IMG/VR virus record: IMGVR_UViG_3300032373_000010
Location: 1 to 54,560 of that record
Strand: one strand, 5' to 3'
DNA from: a virus
Lineage: Duplodnaviria > Caudoviricetes
Length of the DNA stretch: 54,560 nt
Part shown: positions 27,705-36,494 of the stretch, in pieces
How positions within the stretch are numbered: the stretch's first letter is position 1
Layout of the letters: the number at the start of each line of letters is the position of its first letter
Position numbers and translations under genes: made by a program
The notes under the pieces: model-generated
Seen by the model: only the letters and a program-made list of their open reading frames with translations
The model's database searches: none
Told to the model about the DNA's origin: nothing

Positions 27705-28694
27705 TTAGCCGTTGATCCAAGCGGCCATTTTGCTGCCAGCGGCGGCGGCCTCTTGGTCTTCCTTGGAGAGGGTCACCCCGTCGAAGCCGGTGTCGTCGCC
27801 CTTGTTGATCGTGCCCGCGGGGGCGCCCTGGTTGCTGGGGGCTGCCTTGGGGGGCTGCCCTGCGGGGGCGGCGAGGTCCTTAAGGATCGCGTCCACTTCC
27901 TCGGCGGAGGTGGCCTTGGAGAGCTTCTCGGTGAGGCTGTGCTTGCGGAGGGCCTCGCGGTGGGCCTTCACGTCCTCGACGTTGGTGGGGTCGCCCTTGA
28001 AGACGGGCAGGACAGGCGCGGCTGCGGCGGCGGCTGCGGCGGCGTCAGCGGCCTCCTTGGCGACCCGCTCGTTCTCTTCGCGCATGGACTTGACGACGAG
28101 GGTCTGGATCTCTTCGGGGGTCATGGTGTATTCCTCTTCAGGGTTGAGTCTCTTGGCGAGGCGGGCCGCAATCGCGTCGGCCAGATCCTCGGGGTCTTGC
28201 TTTTCAATCTCCAGCTCGGCCTTACCACCCATAGAGACGCCCTCCCAGGCGCCCTCGCGGTAGAGCTTGCGGAGAGCGGGGTCGTCGATCTTGAGCACGA
28301 CGCCCCAGGCGCCGGTCGGGTCCACGACCTTGCCGTCGTAGTCGGTGAGGCCCTCGAAGCGAGGGTCGCCCTTCTGGACCAGGAAGCTCTCAGCCACGTA
28401 GGCCTGATCCTTAGGGATCGCCTTGCCGTCGTGGCGCATGTCGATCGCAACACCATTCTTGGCGGCGTCGTAGAGCATGTCTTTGATCACAGCGGCAGAG
28501 GCCACGTCGCCCTGGCTGTCGCGCAGCTCCGGGGCGTAGACGACAGCGGTCAATTCGCCCTGCTCGTCCATGCCCTTAGCGAGGAGGGACACCTCGAAGG
28601 CACCGTCCTCCTTGAAGATCGTCGGCAATCTGTTAGCACCCCGGGGGACCAACGAGATAAACTTGATCTTGGCTCTCTTGATTCTGCGTCGCAT
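27705..28694 (-). CDS. XkdF-like prohead protease with C-terminal scaffold region
   Basis: ISLVPRGAN, VVYAPELRDSQGD, DMRH, VAESF, GAW, GVSMGG; Ala/charged coiled-coil tail. Confidence 0.85.
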   Translation of the reverse strand: MRRRIKRAKIKFISLVPRGANRLPTIFKEDGAFEVSLLAKGMDEQGELTAVVYAPELRDSQGDVASAAVIKDMLYDAAKNGVAIDMRHDGKAIPKDQAYVAESFLVQKGDPRFEGLTDYDGKVVDPTGAWGVVLKIDDPALRKLYREGAWEGVSMGGKAELEIEKQDPEDLADAIAARLAKRLNPEEEYTMTPEEIQTLVVKSMREENERVAKEAADAAAAAAAAAPVLPVFKGDPTNVEDVKAHREALRKHSLTEKLSKATSAEEVDAILKDLAAPAGQPPKAAPSNQGAPAGTINKGDDTGFDGVTLSKEDQEAAAAGSKMAAWING

Positions 28695-28773
28695 GCAGGT
28701 CAGGGTATGTATCGTCGCCGACGACGCAAGGCCTTACCGGACAAATGGATAGATATAGCGAGAGGCGGAGAGT

Positions 28774-30294
28774 ATGGCCGGAGTGAAAGCGGAAGGCGCG
28801 GCTGTCGCCGACAAGAACGTCAACAGCGTCCACGGGATCCCCCGGGTAAGTCGGGTCCTCTACGACCAGCAGATCGCCAAGGAAGTGGGCTCTCGCAGCC
28901 TTCTCAGTGTGGCCCTGGAGAAGGGCGACGACCAAGACAAGCCCAGTCAGCAGGGCGTGTCGCTCGGTCGTAAGGGACACCCCTTCAACTTTGAAATGGT
29001 GGCTTCCTTCCAGAACGCCAACGTCCACCACGGGCGATCCGTTCACGCCAAGGTAGCCGCCATTGTCGGCCTTGGGTTCCAGACCCCCAACGACAAGAAG
29101 CGCGCCGACGCAAAGCTGACTGGTATCCCGTTGACGCCAGAGGATCTACCCCCCGAGGACGACGTGTCTCGTATTGACATGATCATGGACCCCCTCTGCC
29201 AGCACTCGTGGCAGGACGCCATTAACGACGCGTGCGAAGACTTCGTGCAGACCGGCAACGGCTACCTTGAGATCGTGCGCGACAAGGCCGGAGTCGTGGC
29301 CGGCTGCCACCACCTCCCCTCGAAGGAAGTCTTCGTCGTAATCGAGGACGCCAAATACAACATGCACTATTCGATCCAGGGCGCCGAGGACGGCACGGGG
29401 TCGAGGGTGTTTGCAAAGTTTGGGGATAAGGAAAAACTCATTGAGCGCTCTGGAGGCGACGGCTTCGTCACCTTCGACTCCAACGGCACCGTGGATCCCG
29501 AATTCGTGAGCGAGGTGATTCACTTCCGCCGACCCACAAGCCTGTCGCGCTGGTATGGGTTCCCAGACTGGCTCTCCGCCGTGGCCTCGATCGAGCTGGT
29601 CCAGTGCGTGACCCAACACGAATACGACTTCTTCCTGAATCGCGGCGTGCCCGAGTTCATGCTCTTCGTCCTGGGTCAGACCCTGCACAAGAAGGACAAG
29701 GAGCGGATCGAGACCGCCATGCAGTCCACGATCGGCCTGGGGAATCAGCACAAGAGCCTGCTGGTCAACCTCTCGCAGGGCGGCGCGGACATGAAGGTGC
29801 AGCTTGAGAAGCTCGCCATGGAATCGAAGAGCGACGGCAGCCAGTTCTCGGGCATGTCGGAGAGCCTAGCCCTCCAGATCGTGACCGCCCACGGCGTCCC
29901 CCCGCTCCTGGCCGGGATCCAAGTCCCCGGGAAGCTCGGGGCCAGCAACGAAATGGTCCAGGCCATGCAGGCCTTCCAAGTCCTCGTGATCGAGCCCATG
30001 CAGCGGCTCTTCCGCCAGACCCTCATGCGGACTCTCGGCTCGGAGGGCGCCGGCCTCACCCTGGGCGCGGGGGACCTCGTGCTCAACACGATCACCGGGG
30101 CGATCGACATTGGGACCGCAGATACTGTGGCCCGCATGCGCCAGAGTCCCCAGGAGGCCGAGGCCGAGGGCCGCGACCTCGACGACGGTCTCAAGAAGGG
30201 GGAGGAATGGACCGACGAGGAGAAGGGCGCCTTGGTGGGTGAGACCATTGACCTCCTGATCGACCGCCTCCGACTTCGGTCCAGCGCAGCCTAG
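28774..30294 (+). CDS. Portal protein (PBSX family)
   Basis: DFVQTGNGYLE, EVIHF, WYGFPDWLSA, FFLNRGVP, IVTAHGVPPLLAGI, IEPMQ. Confidence 0.9.
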   Translation: MAGVKAEGAAVADKNVNSVHGIPRVSRVLYDQQIAKEVGSRSLLSVALEKGDDQDKPSQQGVSLGRKGHPFNFEMVASFQNANVHHGRSVHAKVAAIVGLGFQTPNDKKRADAKLTGIPLTPEDLPPEDDVSRIDMIMDPLCQHSWQDAINDACEDFVQTGNGYLEIVRDKAGVVAGCHHLPSKEVFVVIEDAKYNMHYSIQGAEDGTGSRVFAKFGDKEKLIERSGGDGFVTFDSNGTVDPEFVSEVIHFRRPTSLSRWYGFPDWLSAVASIELVQCVTQHEYDFFLNRGVPEFMLFVLGQTLHKKDKERIETAMQSTIGLGNQHKSLLVNLSQGGADMKVQLEKLAMESKSDGSQFSGMSESLALQIVTAHGVPPLLAGIQVPGKLGASNEMVQAMQAFQVLVIEPMQRLFRQTLMRTLGSEGAGLTLGAGDLVLNTITGAIDIGTADTVARMRQSPQEAEAEGRDLDDGLKKGEEWTDEEKGALVGETIDLLIDRLRLRSSAA

Positions 30295-30923
30295 TGGCAG
30301 ACGAGGTCTTCCAGCGACGACTCCTTAGGGCCCTCGGTAAGGCCGCCGCGAATCGAGTGCGGCCCAAGATCGTGAGCTACAAGGGCAAGCCGATCAGGGC
30401 GCTCCAGCGCGCGCTCAAGTCGGTCCTCGTCAACGACGAGCGCGTCGAGCTGCAGATCCCGCACTTCTGGTCGGTCTACGTTCACGAAGGCCGCAGAGTC
30501 CCGGTCACCTCGCGCACGGGCCTGCTGATCTGGTATCGCAACCCAAAGCGCGACCCGCGGCTGAATGCGGGGGTCACACCCGAGAGGGCGGCGAAGCTCC
30601 GGCACCTCAGCAACGCGGAATTCAAGGACGCCCAGGCTGAGAACTACGAGGCCCAGAGGCAGGGGCGCGAGCCTCCGGTCATTATCATTCCGGCAGGGCT
30701 CCTGAAACGAGCAACGCCCCCGAGCCCGTTCTTTGAAAACGAGCCAGGAGGCGGCATGTTCGGCTTCGAGCGCGAGGCCAGCGAGATCGCGCAGCAGGAG
30801 TTTCAGTCCTTCGCGCTCACGTCCCTGAGGAGCACGCTAGGCGTCAGCTCCTTCATTCCCCGAGGGGGAGGCAGCGGGATCAACGTCACCGTCGAGCGGG
30901 ACGGGATTGAGCTTTCGATCTAG
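30294..30923 (+). CDS. Putative neck/tail-completion protein (HK97 gp10-like)
   Basis: WSVYVHEG and TPPSPFF resemble the gp10 YVxxG / PxPF motifs; TAGTG overlap with portal. Confidence 0.5.
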   Translation: MADEVFQRRLLRALGKAAANRVRPKIVSYKGKPIRALQRALKSVLVNDERVELQIPHFWSVYVHEGRRVPVTSRTGLLIWYRNPKRDPRLNAGVTPERAAKLRHLSNAEFKDAQAENYEAQRQGREPPVIIIPAGLLKRATPPSPFFENEPGGGMFGFEREASEIAQQEFQSFALTSLRSTLGVSSFIPRGGGSGINVTVERDGIELSI

Positions 30924-30930
30924 GAAGGCC

Positions 30931-31173
30931 TCACTTGGGCGCCTGGCAAAGGGCGTCTGCTGCTTTGCGAATGTCGCTCAGGGTCGCGTCGGTGTCCGGG
31001 TCAACGCCGACCCCCAGGTCTACCCGAGTGTGTTCGGCGATCTCCTGGCACTTGAGGTGGATCTCCAGCGCCTTGGCCCTGGCGACCTCAGTGAGCACGT
31101 AGCAGAGGCCTGTGAGGGCTCCTCCCACGGTCTCCAGAACCTTAAGGACTCTCTCGTCGTCGCTGTTCCTCAT
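30931..31173 (-). CDS. Hypothetical protein
   Basis: ATGA overlap with the resolvase gene. Confidence 0.6.
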   Translation of the reverse strand: MRNSDDERVLKVLETVGGALTGLCYVLTEVARAKALEIHLKCQEIAEHTRVDLGVGVDPDTDATLSDIRKAADALCQAPK

Positions 31174-31895
31174 TTCCTACCCGCTTCCCGTCGCAGTCTT
31201 GCCGCAGCCTTCTTCAGTTCGGACTGTCCCCACAAGGCCAGGCCAATCCCGTCCATGACGTGCTTCCAGTCGGCCTTATTGATCTTGCTTAGTTTGGCGA
31301 CCGGCACCTCCCCCGTGGGTCTGGCGTAGCCTGACATTACCTCGTAGTCCCACCCGAGGCTGTCCAGCAGCCTTGCGTGGTGGATCTCCTTAGGCACGCC
31401 GCCCTTCCATGTCTGCGGCTCCGCGACGACCACGATCGCGTCAGGCCAGACTGACAGGGCCGCCCCAGCCGCCATGCCGCCGCAGAAGGACACGTCCACG
31501 AGGCTCTGAGGGTTCTTGGTCGCGGCGTCGCTCTGAGCGCGCCTGATCCGCATGCCCTCGACGATCACGAGGACGCGCGCGGTCACGGAGAGTAGATTGT
31601 CTGCCTCTGTGAGAGCCTCCCGGCACTGCCGGAATACCTCTGGCCCGGCCTGCTGCGCCTTGAGGTCCTTGACGTGGGTGGTCGCGACCCAGGAGGGTCC
31701 GTGCAGCACCTCGAATCCCCCCATGCCGACGTTCTTGCAGTCGGGGTCGATCCCCACAATCAGATCGACTTCGCTCTGCGCGGCCAGCTCAAAGAGTTCC
31801 CGGTGGTGCGCTCGGTCGCTCGCGCCGCCCTTGTTGCTCTTGCGCTTGGCTTTCCCTCGGGACCAGCCCACCGGCTTGCCTGGGAAGGAGACCAC
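31170..31895 (-). CDS. RuvC-like Holliday junction resolvase
   Basis: IVGIDPD, VIVEG, PQTWKG and DGIGLA acidic RNase H-fold motifs. Confidence 0.8.
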   Translation of the reverse strand: MVSFPGKPVGWSRGKAKRKSNKGGASDRAHHRELFELAAQSEVDLIVGIDPDCKNVGMGGFEVLHGPSWVATTHVKDLKAQQAGPEVFRQCREALTEADNLLSVTARVLVIVEGMRIRRAQSDAATKNPQSLVDVSFCGGMAAGAALSVWPDAIVVVAEPQTWKGGVPKEIHHARLLDSLGWDYEVMSGYARPTGEVPVAKLSKINKADWKHVMDGIGLALWGQSELKKAAARLRREAGRK

Positions 31896-33493
31896 TAGAC
31901 CCCGCCCTTCGCAGCAGTCTCGAAGAACGCCTGGGCGTCGCCGCGCTTCCGGTCGGCGGCCTCCTTGAGGGGGTGATCCTCGATCTCGGCAGGCGCTCGC
32001 GGGTCACCGATCCACGCGGCACACTGCGCGTAGCCCGCCTGATCCACGAGGTTGTCAGGCTTGCGGCGCACCCGGTCGCGGAGGGCCCTCATAATCACGA
32101 GCATTTGGATCACGTCCCGCCCGTCGAGCTTCTTGAACCCGAGGTAGGAGGCCCAGGCTGAGGCGAGGCGCCCGTAGGTCTGGCGAGGGTCGCCGTAGTC
32201 GTGCGCCCTGTTGCCGCAGACAAGCTCCCGAGCCCGGTCCAGGCAGAAGGTCGTCTCGTGGATCTCCTCCTCGCCGTGGAGGCAGTTCTGCTGACCCAGG
32301 CGCTCGTGGAGCTGCCGAATGATCTTGCCGAAGCGCTCGCACTCTCCGCACTCAAAGCTGACCTCCGAGACGCTGCTGTTCTCCTCCCTGATCCTGCCGG
32401 AGCGCTTGATCTCTCCGCGCAGATCAGCCGTGAGCGCGTTGATCTGCCGCCGCATGTCGGTCGTGGCCTCGTTGTGCTTGCTGCGCTGCTCAGCGAGGGC
32501 CGCATTGAAGGCCTCTTGCGAGAGGGGGTGCTTGGCCTTGGCCAGCAGGTTCTCGACCCGCTGGAGTAGGGTTTGCCTGTGGCCCTCCAAGTATTCAAGC
32601 CGCTCGCCTTCCTTCTTGCTCTTGGCCTTCAGCTTGTCCAACTCCGAGGACATGCTGCGGATTCGCTCCCGAGCGCCTGGGTCGTGGGAGACCTTCTTGG
32701 CGTCGGCAAGCTCGGTCGTGAGCCGATCGACCTTCTTGTGCAATCGCCTAGCCTCCCCCTCGAAGGCGGCCCCGTCCTCGGCGGCCAGCACCCTAATGCG
32801 AATGATCTCTTTGTTTAGCGCCTGCTCCTGCTGCGTCAGGCGGGTGATCTCCTCCCGCAGCGAGGGCTCCACGTCAGGCCCCAATGCCCGCAACTCAGCC
32901 AGGGCCTTGCGCTGCTTAAGGTTGACCTCGGTCTTGGTGGCGAGTTCGGCGCCCCTCTGGTCGGAGCAGCGCCTGGTGTTCGCGTGATTGCTGCGCTCCA
33001 GCTTCAGTTCCTCCTCCAGGGCCTCGATCCTGTGCTGCCTGTCTCGGTTGATCTTCTTCTGATCGTTGGCCGCTCGGCCCCGACCCAGGGCCTCCTGGCC
33101 CCGCCTGGCGATCTGCCGGTCGCGGTCGTTGATCACGTCGCTCTGAGCCGTGATCGTCTGCTCAGCGTCGATCAGCGCCTTGGCCTGGTCGCGGACCAAT
33201 GACTCGGCCTGGGTTAGGCGGGCAGCGAGGCCCTCCTCGTCGCTCGGGAAGGGCCCATGCAGCTTCTGCTCGGCCCCCTCCCCAGCCACAATCAGGGTCT
33301 CGGCGGCCGGTTCTGGGAACGAGCCCCACAGCTTCTCGGGAGGCAAGGCAGGCCCGGTCGCGTGCTGCTCGCGATACACGTCGCAGGGGCAGTCCTGACC
33401 CTCCGTGCGCGCCAGGCAGGCATGCTGCTCGTTTGCGTGGGAGCCCCTCGGGTGGCCGCACCGGCAGATCCTGGTCTTGGTCTTCTGTTCCAT
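31895..33493 (-). CDS. Zn-finger + long coiled-coil + DUF6378-like protein
   Basis: N-terminal CRCGH..H..C..CPC; heptad repeats; C-terminal R..DYGDP...A.AW..YL...DV..M...R...DNLVDQAGYA. Confidence 0.75.
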   Translation of the reverse strand: MEQKTKTRICRCGHPRGSHANEQHACLARTEGQDCPCDVYREQHATGPALPPEKLWGSFPEPAAETLIVAGEGAEQKLHGPFPSDEEGLAARLTQAESLVRDQAKALIDAEQTITAQSDVINDRDRQIARRGQEALGRGRAANDQKKINRDRQHRIEALEEELKLERSNHANTRRCSDQRGAELATKTEVNLKQRKALAELRALGPDVEPSLREEITRLTQQEQALNKEIIRIRVLAAEDGAAFEGEARRLHKKVDRLTTELADAKKVSHDPGARERIRSMSSELDKLKAKSKKEGERLEYLEGHRQTLLQRVENLLAKAKHPLSQEAFNAALAEQRSKHNEATTDMRRQINALTADLRGEIKRSGRIREENSSVSEVSFECGECERFGKIIRQLHERLGQQNCLHGEEEIHETTFCLDRARELVCGNRAHDYGDPRQTYGRLASAWASYLGFKKLDGRDVIQMLVIMRALRDRVRRKPDNLVDQAGYAQCAAWIGDPRAPAEIEDHPLKEAADRKRGDAQAFFETAAKGGV

Positions 33494-33571
33494 GTTCGTG
33501 CTCGCTGTCTAAAGGGAGAGAGCCTGCCTGCACCGAGCCATAACGCAAGGCAGCAGGCAGGCCCTCAGGGC

Positions 33572-33598
33572 GGGTCGAGGCTAAGGGGACCTCGACCC
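33572..33598 (-). terminator. Stem-loop after histone-like gene
   Basis: GGGTCGAGG / CCTCGACCC 9-bp inverted repeat. Confidence 0.55.
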
Positions 33599-33608
33599 AG
33601 GGAGTGAA

Positions 33609-34127
33609 TTACGCTTCGACGGGCTTCTCGGCGGCCTTCTTCCGAGCCTTGGCGCGGGCCAGGGCGTCGGCCTTCTTCTTGGCCGCCGTGTGGGCGGGCT
33701 TCGCAGTCGGCTTCGGCTTCGGCTTCTTGCCCGGCGCCTTCTTCTTGGCTGCGGCCTTCTTCTTCTTCGCGGGCGCCTTCTTCTTGGCTGCGGTCTTCTT
33801 CTTCGCGGGCGCCTTCTTCTTCTTGGCCGGCGCCTCAGAGGCCGGGACGCACGAGATCACCAGGCCGCCCGTGATCGAGGTGCGCTTGCGGAAGACGCAG
33901 CCCTTGGGTGCCTGAGGCTTGGCGTTACGCAGCGCCGAGTTCAAGCGGTTGTGGGCCTGCTTGGGGGTCACCCCGTCCTCGGCGGCCAGCTCCAGGGACT
34001 CACCCTCGGCGAGGCCCTTCATGGCCTCGATCAGCCCCGCATAGCGGCTGGGTCGCCCTGGGGACCGCTCCGCGAACTTGACGCTCTTGGTCTTCTTCTT
34101 CTTGTATTTGACTTTGGTATCGGTCAC
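33609..34127 (-). CDS. Histone H1-like basic DNA-binding protein
   Basis: C-terminal (A/P)AKKK repeats; GTGA overlap with polA. Confidence 0.8.
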   Translation of the reverse strand: MTDTKVKYKKKKTKSVKFAERSPGRPSRYAGLIEAMKGLAEGESLELAAEDGVTPKQAHNRLNSALRNAKPQAPKGCVFRKRTSITGGLVISCVPASEAPAKKKKAPAKKKTAAKKKAPAKKKKAAAKKKAPGKKPKPKPTAKPAHTAAKKKADALARAKARKKAAEKPVEA

Positions 34128-36292
34128 TTGTCTGCCTTCCAGGGGACTAGGCGCCCCTCAATGTAAACAGGCTCGGCTCGTTTATCCCAGCGCAGCATAA
34201 GGACCGGATCGGCCCTCGGCGTAACGTCTGGGGTAATGATCGACATGCACTCCACCATGATTCGGGCAACCTCGTGGGCAACCTCGTGAGCGCAGTCGAT
34301 CCTCGCCTCCCCAATCAACTCGTCGTGAATGAACAAAAGGGACCTGTGTCGGTCCCCTTGGTCGTCAGCATACAGAGTGGATCCGACATTAGCAAACGTG
34401 GCCTCTACTACGTCGCAGACAGCGAGCATGGCGCCCTCAGCAGACGGTGCTTGCAGTCCAGCGCCGTTGGCTGCGGCGCAATAGGCGGCCCCAGCCCGAT
34501 ACATGCCCAGCGGGGTAATGTAGGCGTAGCTGCCCTTATGGTGGGGGTCAGGGCAACTGTCGCTGATCCACTTGAGGTAGGGCGCCATTTCGGGGAAGCA
34601 CCTGTGCCAGACCTCACGCAACTCGCCAGCAAGCTCCTCGTCAACCTCGATCTTGTAAGTCGCGTGAGCATATTGGACGAACGTCTTGGGGCCTAGCCCA
34701 CCGGGGTAGCCCAGTCCTGTGGGCTTAGCGAAGGTCCGATAGTGCTTGTAGAACTTGCGAACCTCCTCCACGCCTGAGCGCTTGCACGCCATGAAAGCCT
34801 CGTAGAGGTCCTCCCCTTGAGGATCCGGGTTCTCCTCGATCACAGAGTCGTGGAAGTTGTCGTCGAGGAAGAAGGCGAGGTGAGCCCCGAGGTAGGAGTG
34901 CGCGTCCCAACCCCTGTTGATAACGTCCCGCAGCACGGAGAAGCCAAAGAGGTCGTAACACTTCTGCGCCAGCGTCCCCAGCTCCATGCCGCTGTAGTCA
35001 ACGCTGTAGAGGACGTAGGTCTCGCGGGGGACAATGCAGGCGCGCACCCGGGGGTGCGGGTTCTGGCAGTTCCACGAGGGGTATGCCTTGGAGGCGAAGG
35101 ACGAGGAGCGCCCGGTCTCCTTGAGGAAGTCGTAGTTGGCGTGCAGGACCGGCGCTACCTTGCCTGAGCCCTTCGGCCACTCCATGCGCGGCATGTCCGT
35201 CGTCACAAGTTTCTGCACCGCCTGTCGGCCCTGATACTGCGTCAGGATCGGACAGCGCCTGGCGTAGTCGTCGAGGAACTCCTTGTCCACTTGGAGGCTT
35301 CCCTTGTCGGTGTAGCGCAGGACTACGTCAGGGTGGTCCTTCTTGAGGTCCATGGCGACCCGGTAGAGCGCCTCTTTGTTGATCGACGCCTTCTTCGGCT
35401 TGGTCAGCTTGACTGGGCAGTCGCAGGGATCCTCCTTCTTGGTGGGTCTGGGGCAGTCGAAGTCATGCTCCTTGGCTCCGTTGGCCCACGGCTTCGGGGG
35501 GATTGCCGGGCGTAGGATCTCGTGCTCCACGAGGAGGCAGAGCTTCTCTGGGGTCAGGGCTTCGGCCAGCTCCTCTACGATCTTGGCGTGCTCCTCGGCG
35601 TCGGTGGCGACCCCCTTGATCGTCATGAGGTAGAAGCAGAAGCGGAGCAGGCAGCGGAAGCTCTCGACTTGGAGGGGGTCGATCCCGAGACGAAGCTCCA
35701 ACTCCGCCCGGCGAGCCTCCTGGGCGTGCCAGATCTGCACCGGGTAGACCGAGTCGAGGATCGAGTAGAGAACGGCTTCCTCGGGCCACTCGACCAGCGG
35801 CACGTCTTCGAGCACGTCGTAGTTGAGGCGCCATGCCTCGTCCTCACCCACCTCGCCGGGCTTGGCCTTCCCGACCATGGTGATCCCGAGATACAGCTCG
35901 GCCAGCGTGTCGAGCCCGTATTTCAGCTTCCGCTTTGATCCGTCTGGGTTGAAGGCGTATTCGAGGTCCCCCGTGTCGGCGAGGTTGAGGAGCTTCTCAC
36001 GAACTTGAATGTCGGAGGCGCGGCCCTCGCTGATCTCGCGGAAGATCAGCGGGTAGAGGTCTGGGGTCTCCTTGCAGGCTACAGCGAAGTCGAAAGCGAG
36101 GTTTGCCCCGACCTTGATCTGATCGGAGTCCAGAAGCTCCCGCATGAGGATCTCAAGGTCCCCGGCTTCGCGCGTGGCGAGTTCGGAGTCCTCGACGGTC
36201 CCGGTGGACGCCGAGAGGCAGACCGCACGAGGAGCGAGGTTCTCAGGGCCGAAGAGGTGCGTCTCGTAGTCGAGGCCGATTAGATTGGTCAT
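34124..36292 (-). CDS. polA: Family A DNA polymerase with 3'-5' exonuclease (atypical motif B)
   Basis: ExoI DYET, ExoII NLAFD, ExoIII YSILD, TGRSS, motif A DYSGMEL, motif B RTFAKPTGLGYPGG, motif C IHDE. Confidence 0.93.
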   Translation of the reverse strand: MTNLIGLDYETHLFGPENLAPRAVCLSASTGTVEDSELATREAGDLEILMRELLDSDQIKVGANLAFDFAVACKETPDLYPLIFREISEGRASDIQVREKLLNLADTGDLEYAFNPDGSKRKLKYGLDTLAELYLGITMVGKAKPGEVGEDEAWRLNYDVLEDVPLVEWPEEAVLYSILDSVYPVQIWHAQEARRAELELRLGIDPLQVESFRCLLRFCFYLMTIKGVATDAEEHAKIVEELAEALTPEKLCLLVEHEILRPAIPPKPWANGAKEHDFDCPRPTKKEDPCDCPVKLTKPKKASINKEALYRVAMDLKKDHPDVVLRYTDKGSLQVDKEFLDDYARRCPILTQYQGRQAVQKLVTTDMPRMEWPKGSGKVAPVLHANYDFLKETGRSSSFASKAYPSWNCQNPHPRVRACIVPRETYVLYSVDYSGMELGTLAQKCYDLFGFSVLRDVINRGWDAHSYLGAHLAFFLDDNFHDSVIEENPDPQGEDLYEAFMACKRSGVEEVRKFYKHYRTFAKPTGLGYPGGLGPKTFVQYAHATYKIEVDEELAGELREVWHRCFPEMAPYLKWISDSCPDPHHKGSYAYITPLGMYRAGAAYCAAANGAGLQAPSAEGAMLAVCDVVEATFANVGSTLYADDQGDRHRSLLFIHDELIGEARIDCAHEVAHEVARIMVECMSIITPDVTPRADPVLMLRWDKRAEPVYIEGRLVPWKADK

Positions 36293-36293
36293 A

Positions 36294-36422
36294 TGGTCCT
36301 TCGGGGAGTCGAACCCCGCCTCTAAGCACAGACTTACGCGAGTCCCTCCACAGGGGTAGCGTTCCGGGAGTCGAACCCAGCCTCACAGCAACGGCCTAGC
36401 GCTCACCCCGAGCTAAGGACCA
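36294..36422 (-). ncRNA. tRNA-like RNA with two T-arms and a large insertion in place of the anticodon loop
   Basis: Acceptor GGTCCTT/AAGGACC+A; D-stem GCTC/GAGC; stem CTAGGC/GCTTAG; T-arms CTGGG-TTCGACT-CCCGG and CGGGG-TTCGACT-CCCCG. Confidence 0.65.
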
Positions 36423-36494
36423 AGTGCCGACTTTGATAAGGGCGTCGGCGGGCCCTTGCGCTTTCTTGTCCCCTTCCGGGGAACCCCAGTGCGC

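Noticed and set aside
34124-36292. Complete Z-genome (2-aminoadenine) pathway
   Set aside because: No PurZ or DatZ recognised; only the polymerase motif is suggestive
36294-36422. Canonical tRNA gene or tmRNA
   Set aside because: No 7-nt anticodon loop with U33, short D-loop, no G3:U70 pair, and too short for tmRNA; kept as a tRNA-like ncRNA
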